Assembly (NCBI GenBank): GCA_003971905.1
Contig: RSEE01000027.1
Coordinates: forward strand, 186,001 to 250,000
Direction of reading: 5' to 3'
Length of the DNA stretch: 64,000 nucleotides
Origin: Moniliella sp. 'wahieum'
Taxonomy: Eukaryota
Under the pieces are notes generated by a model that did no database searches, was not told where the DNA came from, and was given only the letters and a program-made list of their open reading frames with translations. Shown piece after piece: positions 12,203-25,700 of this stretch (its first letter is position 1; each line of letters opens with the position of its first letter). Position numbers and translations under genes: made by a program.

Positions 12203-14524
12203 ATGGTGCCTGCCCCGGCAGCCCAGCGCTCGCGCACGCCTCCGGGTCCATTTCCCGAACCAAAGCGACCTCAGCCCCGTCGGCAGTCAGCACAACACTT
12301 CCCCCCCGGCTAGCGCCGCCGACCAGTTTTTCACCTGCCTCGATGCCGTTCGTAAAGCAGTCTATGCCCAGGAAGAGAGGAGACATGCCGCTTCCCAAGG
12401 AGCGGGAAACGATGGTGCCCCGGCCACGGTGGACGGAGGAACGATGGCGCAGGTGGATGATACTTTCTACCACGCCACTATCGCTTTCAATCGATTTCAT
12501 TCCCTCCTTTCCCTGTGCACGACAGAAGGGGAACGGAGTTTGATGACCCTGCACGATCCCGCAGTTCTTCCTCGCTAGCAAGTGGGACCAGTTTGGATCA
12601 AGAGCTGTGGGAAGGAGGACACCTGGGTCCCTCTAGCCCACAGGATGTGCCCCGACGTGGTCGGCAAGCGCTGCTTTTACGTGCCGAGCAACTTACAGCG
12701 GTTTGGGGCGAGGTGCAGGAAGAAGTAGACCTCCTCCGGCGCGAAGTGGTGGAGGACAAGCAGATGCATGTGTTTGCTTCGGTGGTGGGGCAGGCGAATG
12801 AGCTAATGGACTCGCTTCAGCGCGCGCTGGATGCACAACAGGACGTGGTTCATCAATGGAGCCAAGTTGAGACATCTGTTTCGGCCGTGCTGGGACCGCC
12901 CCTGCCCCGTGGAAGCCCCCAACCCACGCAGACCCATTGGATGCTCAAGTCAACCGTGGAGGAGGTCGAGAAAGGATTCACCGCCGTCGAAGCGTTTGGC
13001 TCACAACTTCAAAACACGGGGAAAAAGACTGAGATCAAAGTGGGATATTACGTGCCTAGTGTGGAGCGGGCGTTTGCTGGGTTGGGTGCCATGCTCCATT
13101 CCCGCACTACGTTGCACGGTGGAGAGGAGCGGATGCGCCAGCAAGCTGTCACACGTTGGGATCGGCTCACGGAAGCCTCGGCAGCCCGGAGCAAGGAGAG
13201 CAGAAGGTGCAAGGCACAGCAAGAAAAGGTTCTGCTTCTGCTGGCAAAGGAACTCCTGACATATAACGATGCAGATCCTACTCTGGTACAGTCCGCCCTC
13301 GCCCTTGTTCTCGCCGCCAATGCCGTCGGGGAGAGCAAGCGGAGCAACGAGCACCCATCCCCCCCAAATGGTACTACTACCCCACCGGGACCAAAAAGAA
13401 GATACCATCATCTTCGTCTTCTTCCTTGTCTCGCCTATCTCGATCACGCCCCCCCGTGAGCTTGGGCAAATGGACGCCTTCCCCTTCGCCCTCGGCAACC
13501 AGCCGGCAGCGCATGTCACACCAGGTTTCAACAGCGCTAACTCACCCACTGAGCACCGTGCCATCCGCCTCCACCCCTGCCGCCGAGGGCCCGACCAGCA
13601 CACCGCCCTCTCCCCTATCGGGTTCTGCTCGGGGAAGAAAGCGGATGCGCGTCTGTTGCGCCCGTCTGTTCGGGGCTCCGAAGGCTCTGCCCGATCCACG
13701 AAAGGAGTGCCCTTTCCTGCGCAGACCATATCCAGCTCCTGCCTCCAAGACCTGCCAGGTCCATTGTTCCCCACATCCCGCTCGGTGGGCAAGCTGGACA
13801 GCACCCACTCCCTTTATGATTCCTCGGCGTCGCCTTTCTCTTCTCCAAGTGTGACCAGTGCAAGTGGCGCCAGTGGCAGCGGCACCACCACCACCGCTAC
13901 CTCTGCCTCCTTTTCCACTCTCCCCACCCCCCGTCGACGCGGCGCGACAGGTGCTCGAACGGCGTCATGCGCCTCCGTTGGCTCGAGTACGAGCACCGTT
14001 GCTCCTACCCCCCCCAGTCGCCCGCGACGAGGGTGGAGACGGTGCGTGGCCCAACGCCCGATGCGGGCGTGGTGCAGCGTGCCCGCCGCTTAGGTGCGTT
14101 TGGCCCGGTGTCATCCCGCCCGGCGTCCCGATCGGACCCCCGAGTGCGAACCCCAAGTTTTTCCCGTGCCTCGTCCCGCGCTTCGGCCCGAGAGACAGTT
14201 TACGGCGAAAGCTCGGGGGGGCACTACCGGCCGAACAGGTTGGATGCTCTGGACGTTGCGGTGGCCAGGGTGGCCAATACGTTAGGAGTCAGCATTGGCC
14301 GTCTTGAGCCTCCCCTGTCGCCGGGGCAACGGTTGGACTTGAGCCCTGGGAAAGAGCTGCAGGGCCGGTACGTACTGGCGGGGCTTCCGGTCAGTTGCAA
14401 GGTCCTCCAGCTCCACCGAGGCCGGCAGGATGGGAAGGCGAAGACGGTGTGCAAAGTCATGGTCCGCTCGGAGGGGATGTGGCAGGACCTCGAGACCTGG
14501 CTCTTGAACCACATTGAGCGTTGA
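12203..14524 (+). CDS. Kar9-like helical protein with C-terminal GAS2/GAR-like microtubule-binding domain (start uncertain)
   Basis: Helical region WGEVQEEVDLLRREVVEDKQMHVFASVVGQANELMDSLQRAL, an S/P/R-rich linker, and C-terminal YRPNRLDALDVAVARVAN..KVMVRSEGMWQDLETWL resembling the GAR signature VMVRVGGGWxxL. Confidence 0.6.
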
Positions 14525-15519
14525 CATGTGGACAAGCACCGCTGCCTATCCGGGAACCCCCCGCTCTTTCGTATGGTCCCATCAAACACGTTGAATTGCC
14601 TCGTATCTACCTTTACATTGTCATACCCCATCTTGTTTCCTCCATGGCGGATTGCCCTCGTCCTATGTGTATCTAAGGTCCAAGTCACCGCCCCGCCCCT
14701 CTCCCTCCTCCATACTTACCTCCCTGAACAAAGATGCATTCCCTCGTTGGCCTTCAACTCCGACAAGGCCGCCTTTTCTGCACAGGGTGGATAATGCGGG
14801 CCACCGCCACTGGGGTGTATCAGGCTTCGGCCACCTCTCGGGGACGATCACTCGAGGTAGGATGGGAACCACACGAGTTAGGACAGTGGCCCCACAGGTC
14901 CCGTATCTCCCCCATGTAGTTTGTATCCAGGTGAAGGAAGCTAAGCGCCTCTTGGGTTCTAGGAGCAGTGTGATGGCCCCTGCTCTGCTCACTCGCCTGA
15001 ACCTATAGGCCACGAGGCCTTCTCTCAACCTACCCCATCCCACCAACAACACAGTATTACAGGCCAAGATACGCCAGGGAGGCAATATACCATCCCTGTG
15101 TGAGTTCATGTAGATGGGCTGACCTGCGATTTCTATCTTGACAGCCTTTGCCGCAGATGAGCGAATGGATCGAATCCAAAACTAGAAAAAAGCCAGGGAT
15201 GCGTGGGGGACATCGGATCGGATAGAAGTAAGACGTCGGAGAGAGAAGGGGAGGGAGATCAGGAGGTGCAGCACAGAAAGACAAGCTTGGGTCGAGAGAC
15301 CAAGAAGCATAAGCGGACTTTGCCAGCGACGATGGTAAGACCCGGAAAAAAGAGGGATGTCAAACCCAACCCCCCAGCGCGTGGGGGCGGTATATACATA
15401 GAGCTTGTCAAGCAAGGTGGGGAAGATGTGAGTCCATGAGAATGCGCCCGAAATGAAGGCCGGGGCAGGTATGGCGGGGCCAGGTGCGATAAAGTAAAGA
15501 AGAGGTGCGTGGATGGGGC

Positions 15520-15982
15520 TTAGTGGGCCAAGCCATGGGTGGCCGCGGTCCGCTCGGCTTCGAGACGTTGCTTGTTGGCTTGGAACGCCGCGTGACGCAC
15601 TTGGTCTTGCATTGCACACTTGTGTTGCTCCGGCAGGCGGTGTTGGGCGCAGAATTGGAGCTTGCAGTGCGGGCACTCACCCACCAGCCGCACCGCAGCA
15701 TCCCGGCACTGGGCATTGGCACCCTCCTGGGTCAGCTGGCCTGCATTGTGTTGGCAGCGCTTCTTGCCTCCGCCGCGGAGGCGGAGAACGAGACGCAGGT
15801 CGTCGGACGGGAGCGACTCGGCATCGGCGACCCACGAGTGGGTTGCGGGAGAGAAGAGCCTGCTCGTCTACCGCAAAGCCAGCTAGGCCGTGGAGGAGGG
15901 CCTTGGCCTGGGCGCCGGTGGCGCCAGCGGGGAGGGAGAGGGGCCAGGCGTGGCCGGACACGGAGCGGACAGTGAGCTGCAT
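15520..15982 (-). CDS. Ubiquitin-like domain fused to AN1-type zinc finger
   Basis: Stitched over one frameshift: [73 protein letters not shown]1 motif CxxC..FCxxHRLPExHxC. Stop TAA at 15520-15522. Confidence 0.85.
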
Positions 15983-16968
15983 GGCGGACTGGGGGGCGGG
16001 GTCAGGAGGGGAGGAGGCAGACGAGGGCAGGCAGGAGGGGCAGGGCGTACGCAAGCGAAGGGCGGGGAGGAGAGAGCGGAGGCGGGTGTGGAGGTGGAGG
16101 TGGAGGGGGAGAGAACAGAGGGGAGGTGTTATCGGGGCTGCTGAGCGGGGGGCGGGGCGCTGGTTTGAGGGGCCAGGCGACCTGCCTGTCTGGGCCACAG
16201 CCGGCCGGCTGAGGCAGAGCCTGCGACTGGGTTGGTGAGTTGCCTGGGCGGAGGCCGCGTCAGCGCGCCAGCCTCAGCGCCGACGCCACACATTAGGTCA
16301 GCACCCCTCACTTGTTACTCGCCGGCTGTTCCTGAGCCCCGCAGCACGGCGCCAGTGTGTCTCCTTCATGTCCCACATGACATCATCGCCATGGCGATCT
16401 TCCGTCTTCGCCATCATTCGTCAGCGTCATGCATCATTCACGCACGCCTGGCCTCCGCGCCTTGCGCTGGCCTCCGAGTGCCTCCCCACGGCTTCAGCCA
16501 TCCACTCCTCGATCCTCAATCACCGATCCCCTCGTTCAGCCACTCGGTCCTTTCAGTCGGCGGACTCAGATCCTCAGAATGCACTCCATTCTGAACTCGG
16601 TCTGAGTCTTGAACATTCCACCGCTTTTCTCCGCAGCTTGACGGCACTATACTGCCTTGGCCAGTTTCGGCCACTTTTTCGACAGGCTTCGGCCGTTGCT
16701 TCGAGACCATTCAGGTGGTGCGCCCTCTTACTTGATCTTGTGCGCCTTTTGGACAACTCATGTCCGACATCGGTGTTCAACCCATGCATTGCCATGCTGC
16801 GCATGCTATGGGCCCTACCATAGTGGCAATAGCTACTCTGCATAGATCAATCGCATCTCAGGTCTCTCACGCCCATCTCCTCTAGGAGCCCCCCGGCGAT
16901 ATAGAGACTATTAAGCGCTAAACATTTGGCAGCAGGCCATGGCTCGAATCAGTAGTTACTCAGTTGCC

Positions 16969-18439
16969 TCAATAGTTGTCGGCAACCCGAGGGTACACCC
17001 TACTCTGGGCCGCCTTGTACTGCTCCCGCACCACCGGCGACGCCACCGGCTGGAGTATAGTGTCTGTTGGGGTCACCCACTTGGGCTGCGAGCCCAACAG
17101 AACCCAAGCCGCCTGCACTGCACCTCCACGGGCCACATACTCCCCTGGGGTAGGCACCTGGATCGGAGCGTCAAACACGTGACGCGCCACCTGCTGCACG
17201 GCCTTGTTCGACGCCGCTCCACCAATCAGGACCATACGACGTGCCTCGACGCCTTCTTTGATCAGCGCCGCCACGCCGTCCTGCAGCGAACAGAGTAGAC
17301 CCTCGACGTAGGCCCGGGCCAGGTTGGCGCGCGTACAGTTGGTTTGAGTCATCCCCATCAAAGAGGCGGTAGCGTCTGGCAAGTTCGGCGTCCGCTCTCC
17401 GACAAAATAAGGGATAAGTGTCAGTCCCGCCGCGCCCGGGGGCGCTTGCAAGGCGAGATGGGCCAGTTGCTCCACATCCACGCCCAGGAGCTCACACCCA
17501 GCTCGCAAGATCAAGGCGCCATTCAACGTGCAGACCAAGGGAGCACTCGTCCGTCTGCAGCACAGAACCCAGCAACGGTGCCGGTGGCATCAGACGGAAC
17601 CTGATCGGTGGGCGCAAAGACTGCGCCGCTCGTCCCGATCGACACCACCACGTCGCCCGGCTGCACGCCCAGACCCAATGCGCCGCCCGCATTGTCCCCC
17701 GCACCTGGACCGACCAGGATGCCATCCACTGTTTCTCCAGCCCGCTCATTCGGCGCCAAGACGCGCGGCAAGATAACATGATTGTTCTCTTGGGGGGAGC
17801 CGGCTTGCCTCGCTTTCCGGCCAAAGGCCAGCTCAAACAGGTCAAAATCGTACTGTCCTGTGTGGGAGGACCAGTATGCCGTCCCGCTCACGTCCGACCG
17901 GTCTGTGACAAGCTTCTCGAGATCCGGTCCACGAGGCGCATCGGCACGGCCTTGGGGACCGTAGCCCATCAGCCGCCAGGTAAGCCAATCGTGTGGCAGG
18001 GCAATCGCCGCAACACGCCGCGCATTGTCTGGCTCTGCATCGCGCAGCCAACGCACCTTGGACGCAGTGAAGCTTGCCACCGGCACTAGCCCCGTTCGCG
18101 CCGCATACTTCTCCGCCCCCCCCACTTCGGCAATCAGCGTGCGCGCTGCACCGGCGGAGCGGGTATCGTTCCAAAGCAATGCTTTCCGCACTACCTTACC
18201 GTCTTTATCAAGGGCCACCATGCCATGCTGCTGCCCGGCAATCGAGATGGCCTTGACGTCGGCAAGCCCGCCGGCTTGCTTGATGGCCAGGTGAAGCGCC
18301 TCCCACCAGGCTTCGGGATCGACCTCCGTCCCGCCCGGATGAGATGCGCGACCTTCTCGACAGGAGTGCCCGTATGGGCATCAAGAATGACTACCTTGCA
18401 CCCCTGGGTTGAGGAATCGACTCCTGCGACGAGCGGCAT
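16969..18439 (-). CDS. xylB: Xylulokinase, FGGY family, bacterial XylB type; intronless
   Basis: [124 protein letters not shown] and [13 protein letters not shown]. Confidence 0.88.
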
Positions 18440-20270
18440 GGTCGGGGGCGATGGCAAGACGAAGGCGCAACACCATGCATCCTGGCCAAATCGGGCCAGA
18501 AGAAGTGGCTGGCGGGCCGCTGCAAAGGCCTGGTGGCGTGGCAGAGCGTGGCACGTGCGGACCGGGGCAGGCTCGCCGCCGCATTAGGTAACCACCCGAG
18601 CAGATCCTAAAAGTTTCCGCGACGCAAGTGGAGGCAAGAACATTTTCTTTTCCGAGTTTTGCATCTTAAGAAGCCAAGCCGGCCGCCTTCTCTGCCTTTT
18701 TCCCACCATCCCTCAACCCAGCCCAAGCACACAGCGGATCGGGTACCAACGCAGCAACCCTGTCCCCCAATGCCCTCTTGTGCTTCGTATCCGCCAGATC
18801 AACTCCCTCCCGCCAGCATTGAGCGCCAGCAACCCTTGCTAATTCAGGACTCCGCGCTATTCGGTGCGCGGATGGATCCGGGAAACGCAAGGAAGACCAA
18901 CCGGCAGCCTATACGCATTATGCCGCCCCTGCCCATTCCAGCGGGAGGCATAAGAAAGGCGCGCCGACATCTCTTCCTCCCCCTCTCATCTCCAATGCAT
19001 ATCTTGGGTCAACTCACCTCGTCTGCTGGCAGTTTTTTTTCGAACATCGTGTGGCCAGCTGTCCCGTGTAGGATCCTCCATCTCGGCGAACGCCCTTGGC
19101 CCTTTTCCTTGCCTTGTGGTGTGATGCCCCGCCCCAGGCGGAGGATGGCAGAGCGAACGTTTTTGGGCCCCGTATCTACCTGGTTCCGACGTTCCCGTCC
19201 GCGGGCGATTGTCAACTGGGTTCGTAAGGGGTCCTACATTCTTGGCCCAATGCATCGGTTTCTTTTAATTGTGTGCACATCTAGTGCCATGGCCGACGTA
19301 TTACATGTGTAAGCCAGCATTATTACCGCAGTCACATCATCGCCCTGCTGTGCCCTGAATCGGAAGCAAGATGCAACACCAGCGTTAGGCAGATTCTCTG
19401 ATCCAGTCGCTTTATCATATTTCTCCTCCCACTGAAGATGTCGGCTTAGGTTATGATACACCAGAAAATGATGAGGAGGCGGTGGCTTGCAGGCCAGAGT
19501 TGGCCTGGTGAGGTGAGCTGAGCCAGTGGGGCGCATCTGTGTTGACCGAATAGTAGGAAACTGTTGGACTGGAGACAGGGCAGAGAAGAGGTCCACAAGA
19601 GAGAATGAAGGGAACAGGGGCAGCGTCACAGGCTGTGGACATGCTAGGACGATCCTGCTGTGAGGAAACAACTAGTGGAATCGAGATGAATCTGGTCTAT
19701 TGACTGGGGTCCAGAGGAGCTGCCTTGGCCTCTGAGTGGGCGGTTACGTGAAAAGGTGGAGAGGATCCATTGACATGGCGAAACGATACAGCCGTCGCAG
19801 TAGGGTGGCTATGGAAGTGCGTCATGCTCCCGCAGCAGGGCGGCACGTGGCGCGTATCTTGAGCGGCGATATATGCGTTGGGGCGCTCCTCTCCCTCCGC
19901 CATCCGCTCTCCCTTGCCGACGCCTCTGTGCTGCCCCACTGCCTTCGTGTGCGCTGACTGCTGCGTCCTGCGCCGGCTATGCCGCCGCCGCCCGCCGCCT
20001 CCGTCCAGCCTCTGCCCTGTCCTCATGCTCCGCCAGCGCCACCGACAGCCTCCTCGCTCGCCCGAGCCCCCTCGGCGCCAGCGTCTCCATCGCCACCTCC
20101 ATGTCCGCCTCCACCTCCACGTCCGCCTCTGCCTCCGCCCCCGCCTCCGCTTCCCCTTCTGTCTCTGCGCCTGCCTCCACCGCCCCCTCCACCGCAGCCT
20201 CCATCAGCCCCTCGTCCTCATCCCTCCAGCTTCCCTCGTGGGTCCCACTCCTCTGACTCGGAGCCCTCCG

Positions 20271-21969
20271 ATGCCCCCTCGCCCTGCCCACCATCTGCCC
20301 AGCGCAGGGCTGGAGCTTGGCACTGGCTTTGATCCAGACGAGCTGGATGCTGCATTTGGCTTTGCTATGCCCGCGTACCCGCCTTCCGTTTCTCGTCCGC
20401 ATATCTCAGCTTCGGCTGCATTCATGGTCCCACAGCCTCGCTGGAAGACGAGCTGGAGGGCTGGCGTTACCCGACGCAACCCCCCTGGCCAATGGCATGG
20501 AGCAAGGCTTGGAATGGGACCTTCCGGCCCCTCTCGAGGACCTCGGTGCGAGTGATCGCCGTGTCTGGCCTAACGTATCCGATTCACCACCAACCAATAG
20601 CCCTCGATGTCCCGGTCCAAGCTAAGCAGCGTGCCTGTATCTGGCCATACCCGCCCTCCTCAAGCAAGGAGCACCTCCCTTCCCCCTCCTCCCTCGCACG
20701 ACTCTTTCCCGTCTTTAGCCCTCGGAAGACCCAAATCTTCAAAGAGGGGAGGTAGCTTTCCTCCTACCGCGTTTACTACCATGAAGCTTCGCATCCTGTC
20801 ACCTCGCGCCAGGAGCTTGAACGTCGTCCGCTCAATCTCGCAGTTGCTACTCTGCGTGGGGCGCGCCTGCGCCAAAACACCCTCCCTGGACTGAGCATCG
20901 TCACTGCCATGGGCTCTTTCTCCCCCCAGGACCCACGGGAGAGCACGGACGCCAATACCCTTTCTTTCCTCCTCACCTAAAGCCTCACCGAATGCATCCC
21001 CCTGCCTCTCCCCAACTCGGGGGAGGGGGCACACTTACCCGCTCTGACTTCCAACGTGCGTCTCGATCACAAGGCTCGCCTGCCAGGTCGTCTGGGTCTC
21101 ATGGCTTGATGGGATGGAGGAAACGACTGTCTCCCGTGCCACATGGCTTCCACGGGGCACACCCCAAGTCCCCTCGAGTACACCTGTGTCCACCCCCAAG
21201 TTCACCACTGCCTCCACCTTGGGCACAGGGACAAGTGTGCGTCCCTTGCTCTTCCGAATCTGTCAGTTCCACCCCGGAACGCCGAAGCTTAACAGACGTG
21301 GTTCGTTCCCCGCGCTTTCTCTGCGTTGGGCCTACGAAGCGAGACCCTACGCCCGCCTCGCCCAAGATCGGCAGGATCTGGCACTCTCGGAAGTCTCGGT
21401 CGCAGTGGGTGTGGCCTCCTTTTCGGCGCCCTCTTACTCCGGAGGGCACATCGCCCTTGAACCCCGAACCGCAGGAGAAAAGGAGGAAGCGATTACCTCT
21501 CCTCCTTCCCAAACGAGATCTGGGCGCAGTGCCCGTGCGATGATGGTGGACCAAATGCGGTTTGACCCGATCCGGCGCACTTGGTTGCGCATCGCACAAG
21601 ATGGGATCCAGGAAGAAGAAGACTTGCTCCGTCCCTTTGGCGAGATGGACGAGGACGAGGCTTGGCTGACAGGCAAAGTAGAGCGGGCCGAGACACCCAC
21701 CCCTTCTTCCTTGGCCCCAGGGGAGACCAAACCGCGGAATCGCAACCAGCATCACTGCGAGTGCGGATGCGCAACTCGGGCCCCCTTCTATCTGGGAAAA
21801 AGTCTTCGATCTGGGCCTTGGGCCATTCTCTTCGCCGTCCAACTCCGGCAGCTTCGACCCGGCTCTGGTCCCACTAGGTCTGACGCCGGAGCTGGAACAG
21901 AATTGTGAACAAGCCGAACAGGTCCACCGGGACCAATGCCGGCTGCTGGGGATTGATCGTGGGAGATGA
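20271..21969 (+). CDS. Possible Byr4/Bfa1-like mitotic exit/SIN GAP subunit (start uncertain)
   Basis: Low-complexity protein whose C-terminal MMVDQMRFDPIRRTWLRI..EEEDLL and ELEQNCEQAEQVHRDQ segments resemble my recollection of fungal Byr4 C-terminal motifs. No clear RWEGNE motif was seen. Confidence 0.42.
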
Positions 21970-22798
21970 CATGACGCTCTCTCCCCCCACCCCACTCCTT
22001 TTTCCGTCTCACCGCGTTTGGGCGTTGTTTGTCATTCTTTTGGGCGCTGGACGGTGGGCTCCAGGTTGTCTTTTGGATCGGTTGATCTGTGTGCAGGGCG
22101 ATCCAAGTCTCCCTGCTTTGTACTTTTGACGGCCCGATCGGTTTTTTTTTCGCGCGCCAGATATATACCAACCAACACTTGTTCTTTTTCTTGGGCCTGC
22201 CTTTCGGGGTCGTATTTCTACCTTCTTTTCTTTGTTTGCCTTATCCTTCCTCGCCGCCTGCCCAGCCTATCCGCCCTGCTCCCCTGCGCGGCGGCCATCG
22301 ATGATCTATGCTTCTTCCCTGTTGTACGCTTCGTATCCTATCCCCACCCCGGCCATGCTTGACCATAAGCTCTTCGTCCCGTGTCACTCGGGTTCCCAGG
22401 CATATCCTCCTTCTTTTTTCACTTCTGACTGGCAGCATAGACACCTCCACAGGAGCAGCGCATCATGCAGGCGAAGCGAGAGCAGGGGACCCGCCCGCTC
22501 CAACCCCCAAGCGTGAGAAGCCCATCAGGGGCCAAGGGGAGCCAGATGGGCGCTGCTCAGCCGAGCTGAGGGCTCGGCTAGCGACGCTCTTCCGCCTGGT
22601 TCCGCCTGCCGGACAAGCCCGGAAGGCTGCCAGGGGCCGCGGCTGCCTGTTTGGGCAGGCGGCGCGCCCGCACGGCCAGTGGCGACGTGGCAGCGCACGG
22701 CAGCGCAGCGGGGCGCCCCCGGCGCGCCCACTCTAACACCGCACGCCGCCCCCCACCACTGCGTAGCACACGCGCCTCTTCCCTCGGCCGTTGGCGCC

Positions 22799-25700
22799 AT
22801 GCAGGCCGTCGACGACGCGTCCGCTGTGTCCGCCGTGCCCACCCGGACGCCCCCGACGCCGCCCCCACCACGCTCCGCCAGCTGCGCCAGGGATACAGCC
22901 CCCACATGCCCCACCCGCTCCCCGCCGTGCTCCCCTCGCTCCCCCCGCGCTCCACCGCGCCACCGCCAGCCAGAGCACCACCCTCAGCGCCTTCATCGCC
23001 AGCCCCACCCGCTCCAGCCCCGGCCTCCCGCCCCTCCCCGTCTCCCCCGCCTCGCCCCCGCCGCCCCGCCCCCGCCACACCGCCGCCGCCGCCCGCCGAC
23101 CACGACGCCCTGCACCGCCTCGCCCAGCTCCACTACCACGCCCTCTACCACTTCCTCCACGACCACCTCGACCGGCGTATGTCCCCCCCCTCCCCCTGCC
23201 CTCCCGCGCCGCTGACCCCCACCCGCCAGCCGAACGCGTCGGCCGCTCCAGTGCGCGCGACAAGCTCACCGTCTCAGCCGCCAGCAGTTTGCCGAGCTCT
23301 CCACCGACGTGTACGACGAGCACCAGCGCCGCATCCTGCCCTCGCCCCCCCTCGCGCTCCCGCCGCGCCACGACTTCCATCCCAAGCGCAACCATGCTCG
23401 CCAAAACTAGCCAACCTGCCCATCTCCCTTTAGCGACCTGGCCGCAGACGTGTTTGCCGAGCTCGAGCGCCGCTTCCCCGACCTGCGTTCTCGGCCCGCC
23501 TTGTCCCACCTCAGCATCCCCCCCGCGCCCCCCCCGCCGCCGACCCGGCCCCTGTCCTCCACCAGCTCCGACGCAAGGAGCTTGGCCAGCCGCCGCAGCC
23601 GCACCCACTCCCTCCGCTCCCCGCCCTCAGGCACGACTGCGCCCACCAGCGCAGAACGATTCTCCCCGCTCCTTCCCGCGCACCGCCGCCGCCGCCCACG
23701 GCCCTGCCGTCTCTGCTGTATCTGCTCCTCCGGCGCCCCAGCGGGCCCCACCACCCCGCCTCTCCTCCTCCACAGCCCCACGCACGGAATGGGATCCTTA
23801 TCTGCCACCGACCGCTCCTTCACCTCCACCCTCGACACTGACTCTCCCGACTCTTTCCCCCACTACCGGTGCCTCCGGTTGGCCGCAAAGTCGGTCCTCG
23901 GGCGCACTCGGATCGCCACCCATGGCGTCCCCGGCCGCTGCGCCGCCCTTGTCACCCGGCGATTGCCGCACTGCAAGGCGAAAGCACGCCTCGGGCGGCG
24001 AGTCGCCGCACTTTGACTGGCGCACGCCCTCGGTCTCTCCTTCCTACGGCGAGGAGGAGGAGGAAGAGGAAGAGGTCGCGTCGGATTCCGAAGCGGCGCA
24101 TGAACGGGCCCGCGCCTCGTTCGCTTCCTCGGTAGGCGGCCTGTTTGGATTCGAGGCGCCGTCGCCGATGCAACCACCTGACCATGGTGCGGTGGCCAAG
24201 TGGGCCGAGGAGCGCGTACCCACTTCCCCGCCCGACGTCCGAACGCGATTCGCTTTCGCCCCGCCTTCCCACCTGTTGGACACGCCTCGGTCCGAGCGCC
24301 AAGCGACGCAGATTCCAGCGACGTGCGGGCCGAGCTCGAGCCGAGCTGGCTGCGTCGCAGCAAGAGTTGCTCGAGGACCGTAAGGCGCACAAGGAGCAAC
24401 TCGATCGCCTCCTTGCGCAGCACAACCAGGCGATCGAGGCGCTGCAGGTGGCGCATCAAACTGAGCTCGAAGGTATGCGCACTGGCCACTTTCGCTTCCT
24501 GGACGATGTACGTGTTCAGCACACGGAGGAAATCGAGCGGCGGTCCAACAGGCTTTGGAAGAGCAAGCCAGCGAGCAGGCCGCGTTGCAGACTGCGTTGA
24601 ATGAGGCTGTGGCACGCAGATGAGCATGAGAGTTTGGCAGCCCAAACGTCCATCCTCATGGCTCAACTGGAGCAGGAGACATCCCGACCAAGGAGGCGGA
24701 GGAAACGTTGGCGGCACAGCAGAACGAGTGGGAGGAGAACGGAGTTCCTTGTGCAACAACACGAGGCCCAGCTGCAGCGTCAGCAGAAGAAGAAGACCAG
24801 CGGTTGCTCCTCCTTGAGCAGGAAACGCAGGAGAACCAAGAGCAACTGGGCCGCCTGACAAGGGAAAACGAAGAGCTCAAGCTCTTGCTGGAGCAAGAAA
24901 GGGACCAACACACACGCACTCTCTTCCCTAGAGGAGGAGCATCGCGTTGCGTTCTCCTCACTTGAGCAGGACCACGCTGCGGCACTGGCAGCACAAAAAG
25001 AAGAGCACGACGCAGCGCTTGGCTCGATGGAGGAGCAGCATGCCACTTCGCTCGCGGCGGCCCAGGAAGCGCATGCCCTCGTCAGCCGACAACTTGACGA
25101 TCTCACACGTACCCACCAGGACCACGTACGTACCGCCGCCCGCTCCTTGGATGAAGGGGCGTGGCCCTCACGTCATTACAGAGCGGGTGACCCAACTGGA
25201 AGCCCAGGTGGCCGAGGAACAAGAGGGGAAAGAGCGGGTAGAAGCGTTGCTTGAGGCGGAACAAGCGCGCTCGTTGGACCTGCAGCACCAACTCGCGCTT
25301 GCTCAGCAGGACCAAGAGGAGCGCCAAGCGCTCGTACCCTCGAAGAGCAACGACAAGAACTCGAACGTGCGCTGCACGACTTGGAGATCCAACGCAACGT
25401 GGCGAGCGAAGCGTTGGACCGGCTGCGAAGTCAAATGGCCTCTCTCCGTCGACATGGACGTACCGTCAGTGGTCCCACGCATCCAGTCGAACGCGCCTCC
25501 TCTTCTGATGCCCCCACCGAGGCCGAAGACAGTTGGCGCGAGAGCGCCCGGTTGCCCCCGCTGTCACACGTGAATGACAAGGGGGAAATCCAATGGGACC
25601 ATTGGATATCGTTGCAACGGCGCTGGACCAGTTGGTGGGCAGGGTGCACGAGCCCTGACGAGCAAAGGGGCGGTGCAAGCCGTGGTGTTGGCGCACAGCC

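Noticed and set aside
14712..14721. ATACTTACCT, matching the U1 snRNA 5' end
   Set aside because: The downstream sequence lacks U1 stem-loop I/II motifs and an Sm site at the expected spacing. It is equally a minus-strand splice-donor-like sequence or chance.
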